DNA from: Candidatus Eiseniibacteriota bacterium
GTDB taxonomy: Bacteria; Eisenbacteria; RBG-16-71-46; CAIMUX01; VGJL01
Reading direction: 5' to 3'
DNA: 64,000 nucleotides
NCBI GenBank assembly: GCA_041946735.1
Contig: JBHGAY010000010.1
Location: 64,001-128,000 of the forward strand
A program made the translations under genes and the position numbers. The notes beneath the pieces are model-generated. The model was not told the origin of the DNA. It saw nothing but the letters and a program-made list of their open reading frames with translations, and ran no database searches. The stretch's first letter is position 1; each line of letters opens with the position of its first letter. This document shows, in pieces, positions 9,607-20,433 of this stretch.

Positions 9607-11487
9607 ATGCGCCGGCGGAGGGATCCAGAGTCGAGTCCAATCTTGCCGTGGGTCGGCCGCCGGAAGGGGGCGGGGCGGACCGCTCCGCCGATCGACCTCC
9701 ATGCCACTTGCCTCGCGCAGATCGTCCGGATCGTCTCATTCATCTCGTTCGCGTTCGTGCTCGCGCTCGGGACTGGCTTCGGTTCTGGTCCCTTTCTCTG
9801 TCCCGGCTTTGGCTTCGGCTTCGGCTGTGGCTTCGGCTTTGGCCTCGGGCTGCGCGCGCTTCCGCCCGTCGTCCTCGGAGTGCAGCCGGCGCTCGCAGCT
9901 GAGACGCGCCTGGCGCCTGAGATGCTTCTCGCCGGCGATCGGGCTTGGGAGGATCTGGCGCGGCTCGAGGCCACTGGGGCGCTGCCGGTCGGCCTCACGG
10001 CGCTCCGGCCCGTTCCGCGCTGGGTAGCGGCCCGCTGGGTGGTAGAGATGCGTGATGCGCCGGCCGCCCAGGTCGATGCAGCGGCCCTCGCCCGGCTCGA
10101 GCGCGAGTTTGCGCGCGAGATACGCCGCCTCGGCTTCGTCTCGCAGGCAAGAGAGACGCCGCCGGCACTGCGACTCGCGGACGAGGACGCCGACGCATCC
10201 GCTGGCGAGACACGGCTCGCCGGAGAGGAGAGGGAGGCCGGCGTCCTCGATGGGGCCCGCTCGGAGCTGCGAGCGGGACCTACGGCCGCCGTGCAAGCGC
10301 GCGCATCGGGCGGGGAAGCCCGCTTCGGCGATTCGACTCGGGCGGGACTCTACTCGGTCCTGCTGCTCGGCAGCGCCGCAGCCTTTCAAGGAGAGCTTTG
10401 GATCGGCGAGGTCGAGCGCGGGCGCGAAATCGGCGATCCGCTCGTGGCGCACACCGATGTCCTCTACTTCTCGGAGGAGGCGGGCGCCGCCGTGGGTCTC
10501 GATTCCTTCCGCCTCCGCCTCGCGCGCGGCCGGCATCACTGGGGGGCCGGCCGGTCCGAGTCGTTGTTGCTCGATCGCCTCGCGCCGCCGCTCGACTTCC
10601 TCGAATGGGCCGTGGATCTTCCGCGCGGGATCCGCTTCGTCTCCTGGAGTGGGACTCTCGGAGCGCGCGACGAGCGGGGCATCGCCGCCCACCGTCTCGA
10701 GGTCCCTTTCGGGGACGGTCTGCGCCTCGCTCTATCCGAAGGGGTGCGCTTCACGGGAGGGCTCGACCATCCTCTCTACCTGCTCGGGATCTTCCCGTAC
10801 ACGCTGGTCCAGCGCTTCGACGAGCAAGACGCGAGGGATCCGGAGGACGAGGACCGCCAGCGCAACAACGTGCTTCTCGATCTCGAGCTGATGGCGCGGC
10901 CGCGTCCGGGATCCGTCGTGACGCTCGAGTTTCTCGCCGACGACATCGCGACCGAAGAGGCCGATTCGCCCGCCCGGCTCGCCGGCCGGCTTGGAGCGGG
11001 TATCGCGCCGCGGGTCCTCGGGGCCCCGCTCGAGCTTCGACTCGAGGGGACCAAGGTCTCCCGCTACACCTATGCCGTCTTCTATCGGGACGTGTGCGAG
11101 TGCGATTGGATTCAACAGGGCCGGGCGATCGGCGATCCCGACGGGCCGGATCAAGAGGCGTTGCGGCTGTGGGCCGGGCGCGCGATCGGACGCGATCATG
11201 AGGTCGCGCTCTCCGCCATTTGGGCGAACCGCGGCGCGAGCCCGCTCGGCGAGGCGTGGGTTCCGGGCGGGCCGGGACAGGAAGGATTGACGAGCGAGGC
11301 GCTACACGTCAGCAGCCCGGTCGAGCGCGAGCGAGGCATGGCGGGATCGTGGAGGTGGATGCCTCGCGACAACATCTGGATCGAGACGATCGCCTCGGTC
11401 TCCCGCTTCCGGAACGCGGGGAACCGGCCGGGCGGGGAGACGGAGACGGCCTGGCGTCTGGAGCTTCGGGCCGCGGCGCGCTACTGA
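9607..11487 (+). CDS. Capsule assembly Wzi-family outer-membrane protein (start uncertain)
   Basis: GRHHWGAGRSESLLL, AAHRLE, EFLADD, IGDPDGPD motifs; beta-barrel-like pattern ending in an aromatic residue (ARY). Confidence 0.7.
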   Translation: MRRRRDPESSPILPWVGRRKGAGRTAPPIDLHATCLAQIVRIVSFISFAFVLALGTGFGSGPFLCPGFGFGFGCGFGFGLGLRALPPVVLGVQPALAAETRLAPEMLLAGDRAWEDLARLEATGALPVGLTALRPVPRWVAARWVVEMRDAPAAQVDAAALARLEREFAREIRRLGFVSQARETPPALRLADEDADASAGETRLAGEEREAGVLDGARSELRAGPTAAVQARASGGEARFGDSTRAGLYSVLLLGSAAAFQGELWIGEVERGREIGDPLVAHTDVLYFSEEAGAAVGLDSFRLRLARGRHHWGAGRSESLLLDRLAPPLDFLEWAVDLPRGIRFVSWSGTLGARDERGIAAHRLEVPFGDGLRLALSEGVRFTGGLDHPLYLLGIFPYTLVQRFDEQDARDPEDEDRQRNNVLLDLELMARPRPGSVVTLEFLADDIATEEADSPARLAGRLGAGIAPRVLGAPLELRLEGTKVSRYTYAVFYRDVCECDWIQQGRAIGDPDGPDQEALRLWAGRAIGRDHEVALSAIWANRGASPLGEAWVPGGPGQEGLTSEALHVSSPVERERGMAGSWRWMPRDNIWIETIASVSRFRNAGNRPGGETETAWRLELRAAARY

Positions 11488-11525
11488 GGAGCCGGGCGCG
11501 CGGCGGCTCCTCACCAGCTCTTCGG

Positions 11526-12173
11526 CTACTGGCGCTCCGGCGAAGTCCCTCCCGAGGAAGGATAGAAGCGCGCGCTTCGCAGCATTCCGAGAACCGCCTC
11601 ACGGTCCGCCTTCCAGCGCTCGACGCTGCTCGCCTGATCGCGGAAAAGGACGAGCGCGTTCGGGACCGTGAAGAAGGCCATGCCTCGGTATTCGCCCCCA
11701 TCGAGCGGCCCGTAGGTGTAGTACGGGATCTCCTCGCCCGCCATGGTCCGGACGATGGTGCTGTCTTTCGGGACGAACCCCTGCTTGCGTCCCTCGCTCA
11801 GGATGTACTGCACCGCTTCGGCGAAGGGAACGCCGCCGGCGCGCTCCTGCCTGTCGATCGTGAGCAAGGTCTCGATCTCCTGGCCCGGCTTCATCCCGGA
11901 GGGATGGAGGAACGCGCGGACATGGAATTCCTCGGCGAGCTTCAGGTTCGTTTCCCAGCCGTCCGCCGGGGCGATCTCGAGCACGCCGCCGGGGAGGCTG
12001 TAGCGCAGCTTCGTGCCCGGCTTCTCGGTGCCCGGTCCCCCTCCGAGCTGCGCGCCGCCTCCTTCCTGCGCGAGCGCGGAAGGCGGCGCGGACCACGCCG
12101 CTACGAGCAGCGCGGCGGCGAGGAGGAGGAGCGCCTGAGCGAAGGGACGGATCGAGCGCTTGCCTGTGTTCAC
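11526..12173 (-). CDS. Hypothetical exported protein
   Basis: AAGGAG SD before GTG 12173; signal peptide ending ALA-Q. Confidence 0.7.
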   Translation of the reverse strand: MNTGKRSIRPFAQALLLLAAALLVAAWSAPPSALAQEGGGAQLGGGPGTEKPGTKLRYSLPGGVLEIAPADGWETNLKLAEEFHVRAFLHPSGMKPGQEIETLLTIDRQERAGGVPFAEAVQYILSEGRKQGFVPKDSTIVRTMAGEEIPYYTYGPLDGGEYRGMAFFTVPNALVLFRDQASSVERWKADREAVLGMLRSARFYPSSGGTSPERQ

Positions 12174-12242
12174 CGGATCTCCTTCCTGCGGCATTCGGGC
12201 GCCGCCCGGCGAATCTATCACGCGGACCGCTCCTGATGAAAC

Positions 12243-12316
12243 GCGGCGCGACGGCCACGAGGCCGAGAGGAGGCGGCGGCGCGACGGCCACGAGGCCGAG
12301 GAGGAGGCGGCGGCGC
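12243..12316. repeat. ~2.2 x 33/34-bp tandem repeat
   Basis: gcggcgcgacggccacgaggccgag(g)aggaggcg twice, in a divergent intergenic region. Confidence 0.9.
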
Positions 12317-12484
12317 CGAGAAGCCGCCCGAGAGCGGCGCGCGGGCTAGGGATTGGCGCCCCGCTCGCGTATCCTTTTCAGATCCCCTTCGGACGGATTC
12401 GGCCGCGCCTCCGGCTCGGGACTGCGGGTCTGCGTCTTCGTCGATCCTGCGTCTTCGTCGATCGGTCAACGGAAAGGTGGAACC

Positions 12485-15133
12485 ATGGATCGCTTCTCCT
12501 CGTCCCCTCGGTCTCTCGCCCCCACCATCCTGCTGGGCCTTCTCGCCTGCGCCGCGCTCGGTTACTGGGCGCGCACTCCCGTTTCCACCGGCGGCGTCCC
12601 GAGGCAGCACGCCAGTGGCCGGATCGCGCAACAAGAAGGGCGCGAGGCGAGCGCGAGCCTCGAGTCCGCCGAGGAAAAGCCGGCGGATTGGTTCCTCCGC
12701 CAGCGCGCCTACCCGGGCGCGACGGTGCCGATGGATCGCTACCGGGCGGCGCTCGAGCAGGCGCAGCAACTGCGCGCAGAGGGAGAGGACGGGCCGCGCG
12801 GCGCGATCCTTTGGCAAGAGGCGGGACCGACGAACATCATGGGTCGTGTCACCTGCATCACCGCGCATCCCGACAGGCCGGGACGGATCTTCGTCGGCTC
12901 GGCGGCCGGCGGGGTCTTTCGCAGCACGAACGACGGCGCTTCCTGGGAGCCGGTGACCGACGGATATGGTGCCTTCTCGATCGGCGATCTCGCGACCGAT
13001 CCGAACGACCCCGACGTGATCTACGTCGGGACGGGCGAAGCCAACTCGAGTGGAGACTCCTACGCCGGCCTCGGAATGTTGAAGTCGACGAACGGCGGAG
13101 ACACGTGGTCGTTCTCCGGACTTCCGGAGTCCCGTCACATCGGCCGGATCGCGATCGACCCCTCGAACTCCTCGCGGATCTTCGTCGCCGCGACCGGAAC
13201 GCTCTTCGGCAAGAACCAGGAGCGCGGGATCTATCGCAGCGACGACGCCGGAGCGAGCTGGACGCGGAAGCTGTTCGTGAGCGACTCGACCGCCGCGATC
13301 GATGTCGCGCTCGATCCCTCCAACACGAGCGTCGTCTATGCGGCGATGTGGGAGCGGATCCGCAAAGCGTCCTACCGGAGGGCCGGCGGGATCACGAGCG
13401 GCATTTGGAAGTCGACCGACGCGGGGGAGACCTGGACGCGGCTCGCGGGCGGCCTGCCCGCTCCGTCGCCGACCGTCGGGCGGATCGGCCTCGCCGTCGC
13501 GCCGTCCGCGCCCTCGACTGTCTATGCCGTCTACGCGGACGATCCCGGATACTTCGCCGGCGTCTACAAGTCGACGAACGCCGGCGCAAGCTGGACGCGC
13601 GCGAACGACGGCGCGATCTCCGACGTCTATAGCAACTTCGGCTGGTACTTCGGCCAGATCCGCGTCGATCCGGCAGACGCGAACAAGATCTATGTGCTCG
13701 GCGTTCCGCTCTATCGCTCGACGAACGGAGGCGGGAGCTGGGGACAGATCGGCGGCTCGATGCATGTCGATCACCATGCGCTCTGGATCGACCCGTCGAA
13801 CCCGCAGCGGATGCTCGAGGGGAACGACGGCGGCGCGTTCCGCTCGACGAACGGCGGCGGGGGCTGGACCGGATTCGGCAACCTCCCGATCACGCAGTTC
13901 TACGCGATCACGATCGACAACCTGCTGCCGCAGCGCCTCTACGGAGGCACGCAGGACAATGGAACGCTGCGGACGACGACCGGCAACATCGGCGACTGGC
14001 ACTCCATCTACGGCGGTGACGGCTTCTACTGCCTCACCGAGCCGAACAACTCGAGCGTGATCTACGCGGAGTACCAGTACGGCGGCCTCGGCAAGTCGAC
14101 GAACGACGGGGGATGGTTCAACGACGCCACCAACGGCATCAACTGGAACGACCGCCGCAACTGGTCGACGCCCGTGGTGATGGATCCGACGAACAGCCAG
14201 GTGCTCTACTACGGCACCTATCGCGTCTACAAGACGACGAACGGCGCTGCGAGTTGGACGGCGATCTCCGGCGATCTGACGGGTGGGACGACCGGAGGGA
14301 ATCTGCAGTTCCCGACGATCACGACCATCGCGGTCGCGCCATCCAACCCGCAGACCGTCTACGCCGGGACGGACGACGCCCATGTCTGGGTCACCACGAA
14401 CGGCGGCGGAAACTGGACGGACGTCTCGGCCGGCCTTCCGGACCGCTGGGTCACGCGCGTCGCGGTGGACCCGCTCAACCGGGACATCGCCTACGTGACG
14501 CTCTCCGGGTACAAGGAGGATTCCCTGGCTCCGCACGTCTTCCGGACGACGAATCGCGGGGCGATCTGGACGGACATCTCCGGCAACCTGCCGGACGGTC
14601 CCGTCAACGCGCTCGTGGTCGATCCTGACGCGCCGAGCACCACGCTCTACGTGGGGACCGACTTCGGAGTCTTCGTCACACGCAACCTTGGCGCCCGCTG
14701 GGACGTCCTGGGGGCGGGACTTCCGATCAATCCGATCCACGATCTGGTACTCCACGCCGGCACGCGCACGCTGGTGGCCGGGACGCACGGCCGGTCGATG
14801 TTCAAGCTGGCGCTGCCGACGGCCGCGGGCGCCGCGTCGCCCGATGCGCCGCGCGGCGCGATCGCGATCGCGCTCTCCGGGCCGAACCCGTTCCGGGACG
14901 GCACCGCCCTCTTCTTCGATCTGCGGCGCGAAGCGCAGGTCTCGGTGCGGGTGGTGGACGCGGGGGGGCGCCTGGTTCGCTCGCTCGCGGAGGGAAGCTT
15001 CGCGGCAGGCCGTCATGATCTTTCCTGGGACGGCCGGGACGCGGCCGGCCGGGCCACCGCCTCCGGAACCTACTTCGTTCGTGTCGAGGCAGAGGGAGAG
15101 CGCCACGCTTTGCGGGTCGTAAAGACGCGCTGA
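12485..15133 (+). CDS. VPS10/BNR (Asp-box) beta-propeller protein with C-terminal FlgD-Ig-like domain
   Basis: Many S/T-T-N/D-G-G-x-T/S-W Asp boxes; YVGTGE, HVDHHALW, GGTQDNG, GGDGF, GTHGRS; ends PNPF...WDGRDAAG..ASGTYF. Confidence 0.92.
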   Translation: MDRFSSSPRSLAPTILLGLLACAALGYWARTPVSTGGVPRQHASGRIAQQEGREASASLESAEEKPADWFLRQRAYPGATVPMDRYRAALEQAQQLRAEGEDGPRGAILWQEAGPTNIMGRVTCITAHPDRPGRIFVGSAAGGVFRSTNDGASWEPVTDGYGAFSIGDLATDPNDPDVIYVGTGEANSSGDSYAGLGMLKSTNGGDTWSFSGLPESRHIGRIAIDPSNSSRIFVAATGTLFGKNQERGIYRSDDAGASWTRKLFVSDSTAAIDVALDPSNTSVVYAAMWERIRKASYRRAGGITSGIWKSTDAGETWTRLAGGLPAPSPTVGRIGLAVAPSAPSTVYAVYADDPGYFAGVYKSTNAGASWTRANDGAISDVYSNFGWYFGQIRVDPADANKIYVLGVPLYRSTNGGGSWGQIGGSMHVDHHALWIDPSNPQRMLEGNDGGAFRSTNGGGGWTGFGNLPITQFYAITIDNLLPQRLYGGTQDNGTLRTTTGNIGDWHSIYGGDGFYCLTEPNNSSVIYAEYQYGGLGKSTNDGGWFNDATNGINWNDRRNWSTPVVMDPTNSQVLYYGTYRVYKTTNGAASWTAISGDLTGGTTGGNLQFPTITTIAVAPSNPQTVYAGTDDAHVWVTTNGGGNWTDVSAGLPDRWVTRVAVDPLNRDIAYVTLSGYKEDSLAPHVFRTTNRGAIWTDISGNLPDGPVNALVVDPDAPSTTLYVGTDFGVFVTRNLGARWDVLGAGLPINPIHDLVLHAGTRTLVAGTHGRSMFKLALPTAAGAASPDAPRGAIAIALSGPNPFRDGTALFFDLRREAQVSVRVVDAGGRLVRSLAEGSFAAGRHDLSWDGRDAAGRATASGTYFVRVEAEGERHALRVVKTR

Positions 15134-15175
15134 CGATTCCGGGCGAGCACCGGCGGCGGTGACGATCTGGAGAGG

Positions 15176-16600
15176 CTAGAAGCCGATCAGGATTGCGCCG
15201 ACTTCGGCGTTGTCCAGATAGCGGCCGCGGACGGGATCGGTCTCGTCCGCGGCTTCCTCGAAGCGATCGATCCCCGGTCCCTTGGCGAAGATCGGGATCA
15301 GCTGATTGGTGTGATTGGTCGCGTGCCATTCGTGTCCCGGCACGTTGCCGCGCCCACGGTTCTCGAGCGGTTTCCAGACGGGCGGATCCGCCGGCCGCTT
15401 GCCCGGTCCGGATCCGGGTCCCGTGAGGTAGCCGGTTTCGTGGTCGCCCGTCACGACGACGAGCGTCTCGTCCCAGCTCGACCTGCGCTCCACCCAGTCC
15501 ACGACCGCAGCGACGGCGCCGTTGAAATCGATCTCCTCCTCGATCTCGCGGGAGAGCGAGTTGTCGTGGCAGGCCCAGTCGATCGCGCCGCCCTCGATCA
15601 TCAGGAAGAAGCCGTCGGGATCGTCGTCGAGGACGTTCAGCGCGGCGCGGGCCATCTCGGCGAGGGTAGGGAGGGACTCCGCCCGCGGAACGGCGTACGG
15701 CGGCGCTTGTCTGTCTCCGCCTCGCGACTCCTGGAGAGTGCGGCCCACTTGGGGGACGCCGCAGAGGCGCCGGGGAACGGGACCGTCGGCCAAGCGCCGG
15801 AACTCCTCTCGCGACTGCACGAACGTCCAGGGATCCGGGGCGGCGTCGCCGTCGGCATCCGCGATCGTGACGTCCGGCTGTCCATCCCCCGTGGTGTCGA
15901 ACACGGTGGCGCCCGCCTGCAGCGCTTCCCAGACGCTTCGTCCTCCGACGTACTTGAAGCTTGCTGGCTTCTCTTGGCGGCGGCCATCGTCGTCCCACCA
16001 AGGGTCCCCGCATCCGATGATCACTTCGAGCCGGCTGCGGAGGAGCATTTGACGGGCGATCCCTTCGTAATCGTCGCGACGGCGATCGTGAGCCACGAAG
16101 CCCGCGGGCGTCGCGTGGCTGAGCGGCACAGAGGTGACGACGCCCGTCGCCTTTCCCCGGCGCTCGGCGACTTCGGTCGCATTCGCGATCGGCGCGCCGC
16201 TCGTGTCGACTCCGATGCCCGCGTCGTGAGTCTTGACCCCGGTCGCCAGCGCGGTGGCGGCCGCCGCGGAGTCGGTCGGCTTTCGCCGCACCCAGTCGAA
16301 CTCGGACCACGCGGCTTTCGGGTCGTACGGTCCCGTTTCCACCGAGCCGGTGCAGATGGAGGCGCGGAACGGGAACGACTCGTACGGTTGCCTGCCGGTC
16401 TGCCCGTATTCGTAGAGGCTGGCGGCCTCGATCTGCGAGAAACCGCAACCGTCGCTGATCATGAGGACGATGTTGCGGGGAGCGGCCGGGGGCCGTTCGG
16501 GCCCCGGCCGCGCCGCCAAGGGCGGGCTCCCGTCGGGCAGGAGGACGGCGAAGCCGGCGGCGACGGCTAGGCTCGAGGAGAATCGATGGCGCCTGGACAC
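15176..16600 (-). CDS. Alkaline phosphatase
   Basis: MISDGCG, TDSAAAATA (catalytic Ser), SHATPA, MIEGGAIDWACH, TGDHETG, HTN; GTG start chosen because it precedes a signal peptide and follows a TAGCTT -10 box. Confidence 0.92.
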   Translation of the reverse strand: MSRRHRFSSSLAVAAGFAVLLPDGSPPLAARPGPERPPAAPRNIVLMISDGCGFSQIEAASLYEYGQTGRQPYESFPFRASICTGSVETGPYDPKAAWSEFDWVRRKPTDSAAAATALATGVKTHDAGIGVDTSGAPIANATEVAERRGKATGVVTSVPLSHATPAGFVAHDRRRDDYEGIARQMLLRSRLEVIIGCGDPWWDDDGRRQEKPASFKYVGGRSVWEALQAGATVFDTTGDGQPDVTIADADGDAAPDPWTFVQSREEFRRLADGPVPRRLCGVPQVGRTLQESRGGDRQAPPYAVPRAESLPTLAEMARAALNVLDDDPDGFFLMIEGGAIDWACHDNSLSREIEEEIDFNGAVAAVVDWVERRSSWDETLVVVTGDHETGYLTGPGSGPGKRPADPPVWKPLENRGRGNVPGHEWHATNHTNQLIPIFAKGPGIDRFEEAADETDPVRGRYLDNAEVGAILIGF

Positions 16601-16758
16601 AGCCGACAAGCTAGCGCTGCCGACCGGAGCCAGCAAGCAGTCTCCTGGCGCGCGAAGCTCTTGATGACCCGCCATTCGGATCGATATTCTGAGTCCGACA
16701 TCGCGATTCGCCTGTTCGTCAAGACGACCGTTGCGCGACAGGAGCCGCAGGAGGATCC

Positions 16759-17592
16759 ATGCCCCGCTCGAGCCGCTTCCGCGCCGACATCTCGGTAGCC
16801 GCGGCCGCCGTGCTGGGCGCGTTCCTGCTCTTCGCCTGCCCCTTCTTCGCCTGCCCCGCCAACGCCGTCTTCCTTTGGGGAGATCTGCGCGGCGCCTTTG
16901 TGGCCGGGTACGCCACGGCGTGGACGGAAATCGACGACGACCACTACTACTACGACAGCGACACCGTCGATCTGCAATGGCCGGGGGCCGGTCTGCCTCT
17001 GCAGGCATCCATCGACGCGTGGACTCCCTGCGCCTGGTCGAACGCGACAGGAAACGTCGCCGCCAACCGTGTCTCGCTGTCGATTTCGGCCGACGGCACA
17101 TTCGGCTATCCCTCCTCCTCCCGCGCCTACATGAGCGGCGCTCTCCGGCGGGGATTCCGGATCGAAGGGGGTACCGGAGCCGTGCACGTCGACATTCCCT
17201 TCGCTTTGAGCGGCTCGTTATTCGGCGATGGTCCGACGGGACGGTGGGTCGCCCGCGTCCTCGGGGAGGGCCAGCCTCTCTCGGGCTCGCACAACGCGAC
17301 CTTCCCCGGCGAGTCTCATGTCTGGTCGGGCGATCTGCTCTACGGGCAGGACTACATCTTCGAGATCGGGGCGCAGGCCTACGGGGGCGGTTTCTACGAG
17401 ACCGCCTTCGTGCGCGACTACGCGATCCAACTGGCCGCGCCCATCCCCGAGCCCTCGTCTCTGTGGCTGCTCGCGGGGGGCCTTGCTGGTTTGCTCGGCC
17501 TGGCGCGGCTGCCGCGCGCGAGCCGTCCGCCGCGCAGCCCTCGAGGCATGCAGCGAGCCCGCTCGCGCTCCTCGCGCGGCACCGGCGTCTGA
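16759..17592 (+). CDS. PEP-CTERM sorting-domain protein
   Basis: Signal peptide; C-terminal IPEPSSLWLLAGGLAGLLGLAR followed by an Arg-rich tail; AGGAGG SD. Confidence 0.85.
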   Translation: MPRSSRFRADISVAAAAVLGAFLLFACPFFACPANAVFLWGDLRGAFVAGYATAWTEIDDDHYYYDSDTVDLQWPGAGLPLQASIDAWTPCAWSNATGNVAANRVSLSISADGTFGYPSSSRAYMSGALRRGFRIEGGTGAVHVDIPFALSGSLFGDGPTGRWVARVLGEGQPLSGSHNATFPGESHVWSGDLLYGQDYIFEIGAQAYGGGFYETAFVRDYAIQLAAPIPEPSSLWLLAGGLAGLLGLARLPRASRPPRSPRGMQRARSRSSRGTGV

Positions 17593-17837
17593 GTAGCCTC
17601 CCGCCGCCGGTCGACCCTCACGCACCGCGCATCGATTCGACTCGTCTCGGGATCGCGCAGCGGGACTCCGCGCATCCGAGCCCGCCGCTTGGTCCTCCGA
17701 AAGTTCGTATGCTATCATTTCCGAGGTCGATCGAGCGGCATTCCCAGCGCTTCGGGGTGCGATGACGTGTGCCGTCGCTTCGATTCCGCGTTGGCCCGCA
17801 TCCGCGTCCTGCCCGGACGCGAAAGGAGAACAGGCCG

Positions 17838-20096
17838 ATGATTCCCGCTGTCTTCCGGCGGCGCGCCTCGCTAGTCCTGGTTCTGTCCCTCTCCGGAACT
17901 GCGTTTCTCCTGGCCATGTCGCGTCCGTTGGTTCCCGCTGCTTCGGCGGAGTGCGAGGACTACGACGATCGTCTCCAGTGGATTTCCCATGCTTCGACGC
18001 CGACCGGTGTCGTGAACGTGACGGTCGCCGAAGGTCACATGTACGTTCCCGGCGCCGCTCAGGGCGTGGTCGTCTTCGACGTCTCGGATCCGAGGAACCC
18101 CGTCGAGGTCGGCGCGGTCGACACGGGAGGGACGGCGACCGACGTCGCATTCAAGGGGGACTACGCCTACGTCGCCGACCTCTTCCAAGGGGTGCAGGTC
18201 CTCGACGTCCGCAATCCCCATGCTCCCTTCTGGGTCGGCAACATCGCCACGGCGATGCCGGCGGTGTCTGTCTTCCTCGCGAAGGGATATCTCTTCATCG
18301 GAGAAGCAAACTTTCCCTTCTTCTCGCCTTCGGTGCTGGAGGTCGCGTCGATCGATCCGCCTCAGTCGCCGGAGATCGTCGCCACGATGGCGACCCCGAG
18401 TTGGGCGCGTGACATCGCGATCGCCGGGGATCAACTCTACGTAGCGGTCGAGGAGAAGGGGATGATCCGCGTGGACATCACGGATCCGGAGAATCCCGTA
18501 ACGACCGCGGCGCTCGTCTTGCCGGGCGTCTGCGAGGGACTGGCGGTGGACGCCACCGGGGAGCATGCGTACCTCGCCTGTGGCCAGGCGGGCGGACTGC
18601 AGTCGGTTCGCATCTCCGAGAGCTCGCCACTCGAAGTGCTCGGGTCGGTGGCGATTCCCTCGGTGGCGGAAGCGGTCGCTCTGTACGGGAACTACGCTTG
18701 CGTCGCCGCTCTCTACGACGGCCTCCAGGTGGTCGACGTCTCGAATCCCGCTTCGCCCACGCTGATCGGGAGCCTCGATACCCCCGTGGAGGCCTGGGGA
18801 GTCACCACCCATGGCTCCAACGCCTATGTCTGCGACAACTACAGCGTCGAGATCTACGAGCTCGGGGAGGAGCCGCGAAACGTCGAGTCGATTCCGATCG
18901 TCGAGGACATCGATGCGACCGACATCGCCCTCGACGGCTCCACGGCGATCGTCGTAGGACAAAGTTCCGGCATGAATGTCTACGATGTCGCCGATCCGCT
19001 TCATCCCGTCGTGATCGGCAGCTGCGGGATCCCGGGATCGTGCGTCGGCCTCGACCTACAGGGGGACTACGCCTACACATCCTCCTGGTCGGGAGAGGTC
19101 GCTGTCGTGGACGTCCGCGACCCTCACGCCCCCTTCGTCGTCGGGGTCGACTCGCTCGAAACCTCGGCCTGCGACATCGACGTGGTCGGGAGCTACGCGT
19201 TTCTGGCCGCCCGCCGCTTCGCCGTCTTCGACGTTTCGAATCCGGCCGATCCCGAGCTCGTCGCGAACATTCCCACCTCGGCCGAGTCGCGCGCGCGGAA
19301 GGGGATCGTCTCCGGCGACTACGCCTACGTGGCCGACGAGGCGGCCGGGCTCGTCGTCATCGACGTCTCCTCTCCCCGGAATCCGGTCGTGGTTCGGACG
19401 GTCGGTGTCGACGGCGGTGCGTATGCCGTCGGCGTCTCGGGGGATCACGCCTACCTGTCCGGCAACGACAAGCGCTTCTACGTCATCGACGTTTCCGTCC
19501 CCGAAATGGCGGCGATCGTCGGCAGCGTCCCGCTCGAGTCGCGCGCGAATCGGATCTGGGCCGATGGGCAGGTCGCCTACGTCGCCTGCTCCTACCCGTG
19601 GGGCGTCTACGCGGTCGACGTTCAGGAGCCGACCCGTCCGTACCTTCTCGGCCAGTTGATCATTCCCTCGGTCGGCCTGGGGATCGAGGTGACCGACGAT
19701 TGGGTCTACGTGGCCGGGAGCCCGTTCGTCGTCGCGGGCCCGCCGCACTGCTCCGATGCCGGCTCGAGCGTCGACGTGTCCGAGGAGATCGATGGCGGCG
19801 CCTCCGGACGTCTCCTCTCGGTCTGGCCGACCCCGGCTTCAGGTCCGGTGACGCTCGCGTTCGACTGGCGGGCGGGCGGCACGGCCGATGCGCTCGTCGG
19901 CATCTTCGATGCATCCGGCCGTTGCGTTCGCAGGCTGGCTGCGGCCGTGGGTGGGCCGGCGGGCGGACGGCAGGTCTCTTGGGACGGCCTGGACGAGCAG
20001 GGCCGGCCGGCACCGAGCGGCACCTACTTCGCGCGGCTCGATGGAGGAGTGGCGGCCGGCAGGCGTGCGGCGACGCGCATCCTTCTCTTGCGTTGA
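17838..20096 (+). CDS. LVIVD-repeat beta-propeller protein with C-terminal FlgD-Ig-like domain
   Basis: Repeated GDYAYVAD...GLxVxDVSxP units; ends WPTP...WDGLDEQGRPAPSGTYF; AAAGGAG SD. Confidence 0.92.
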   Translation: MIPAVFRRRASLVLVLSLSGTAFLLAMSRPLVPAASAECEDYDDRLQWISHASTPTGVVNVTVAEGHMYVPGAAQGVVVFDVSDPRNPVEVGAVDTGGTATDVAFKGDYAYVADLFQGVQVLDVRNPHAPFWVGNIATAMPAVSVFLAKGYLFIGEANFPFFSPSVLEVASIDPPQSPEIVATMATPSWARDIAIAGDQLYVAVEEKGMIRVDITDPENPVTTAALVLPGVCEGLAVDATGEHAYLACGQAGGLQSVRISESSPLEVLGSVAIPSVAEAVALYGNYACVAALYDGLQVVDVSNPASPTLIGSLDTPVEAWGVTTHGSNAYVCDNYSVEIYELGEEPRNVESIPIVEDIDATDIALDGSTAIVVGQSSGMNVYDVADPLHPVVIGSCGIPGSCVGLDLQGDYAYTSSWSGEVAVVDVRDPHAPFVVGVDSLETSACDIDVVGSYAFLAARRFAVFDVSNPADPELVANIPTSAESRARKGIVSGDYAYVADEAAGLVVIDVSSPRNPVVVRTVGVDGGAYAVGVSGDHAYLSGNDKRFYVIDVSVPEMAAIVGSVPLESRANRIWADGQVAYVACSYPWGVYAVDVQEPTRPYLLGQLIIPSVGLGIEVTDDWVYVAGSPFVVAGPPHCSDAGSSVDVSEEIDGGASGRLLSVWPTPASGPVTLAFDWRAGGTADALVGIFDASGRCVRRLAAAVGGPAGGRQVSWDGLDEQGRPAPSGTYFARLDGGVAAGRRAATRILLLR

Positions 20097-20433
20097 TCGA
20101 CGCCGCGACGACACGGAGGCGCGGGCGTGAAGGGCCGGTCCGCTGGCCGGCCCGCACTGCGCCTCCGGGCGAACGACGCGTGGCGTGAAGAGGTGGGGCA
20201 CGGCCGCCGCCGTGCCCGCCCCCGGTGCCCGCCCCGGTGCCTGCCCCCAGCCTGCCCGCTGCCTGCCCCCAGTCCGCCCCCGGCCCGTCCCTCTGCCTCG
20301 TCCGCCGGTCCCGTCCGTCTGGCCGTCCTGTCTTTCTCCATCCTCGACTTGCAGCCGCCGGAGCTACGCTGCATCCTTTCCTCCTTGCTCGGCCGCGAGG
20401 CTTCGGGAGTCGTTCGAGGAAGGTCGTTGCCGT

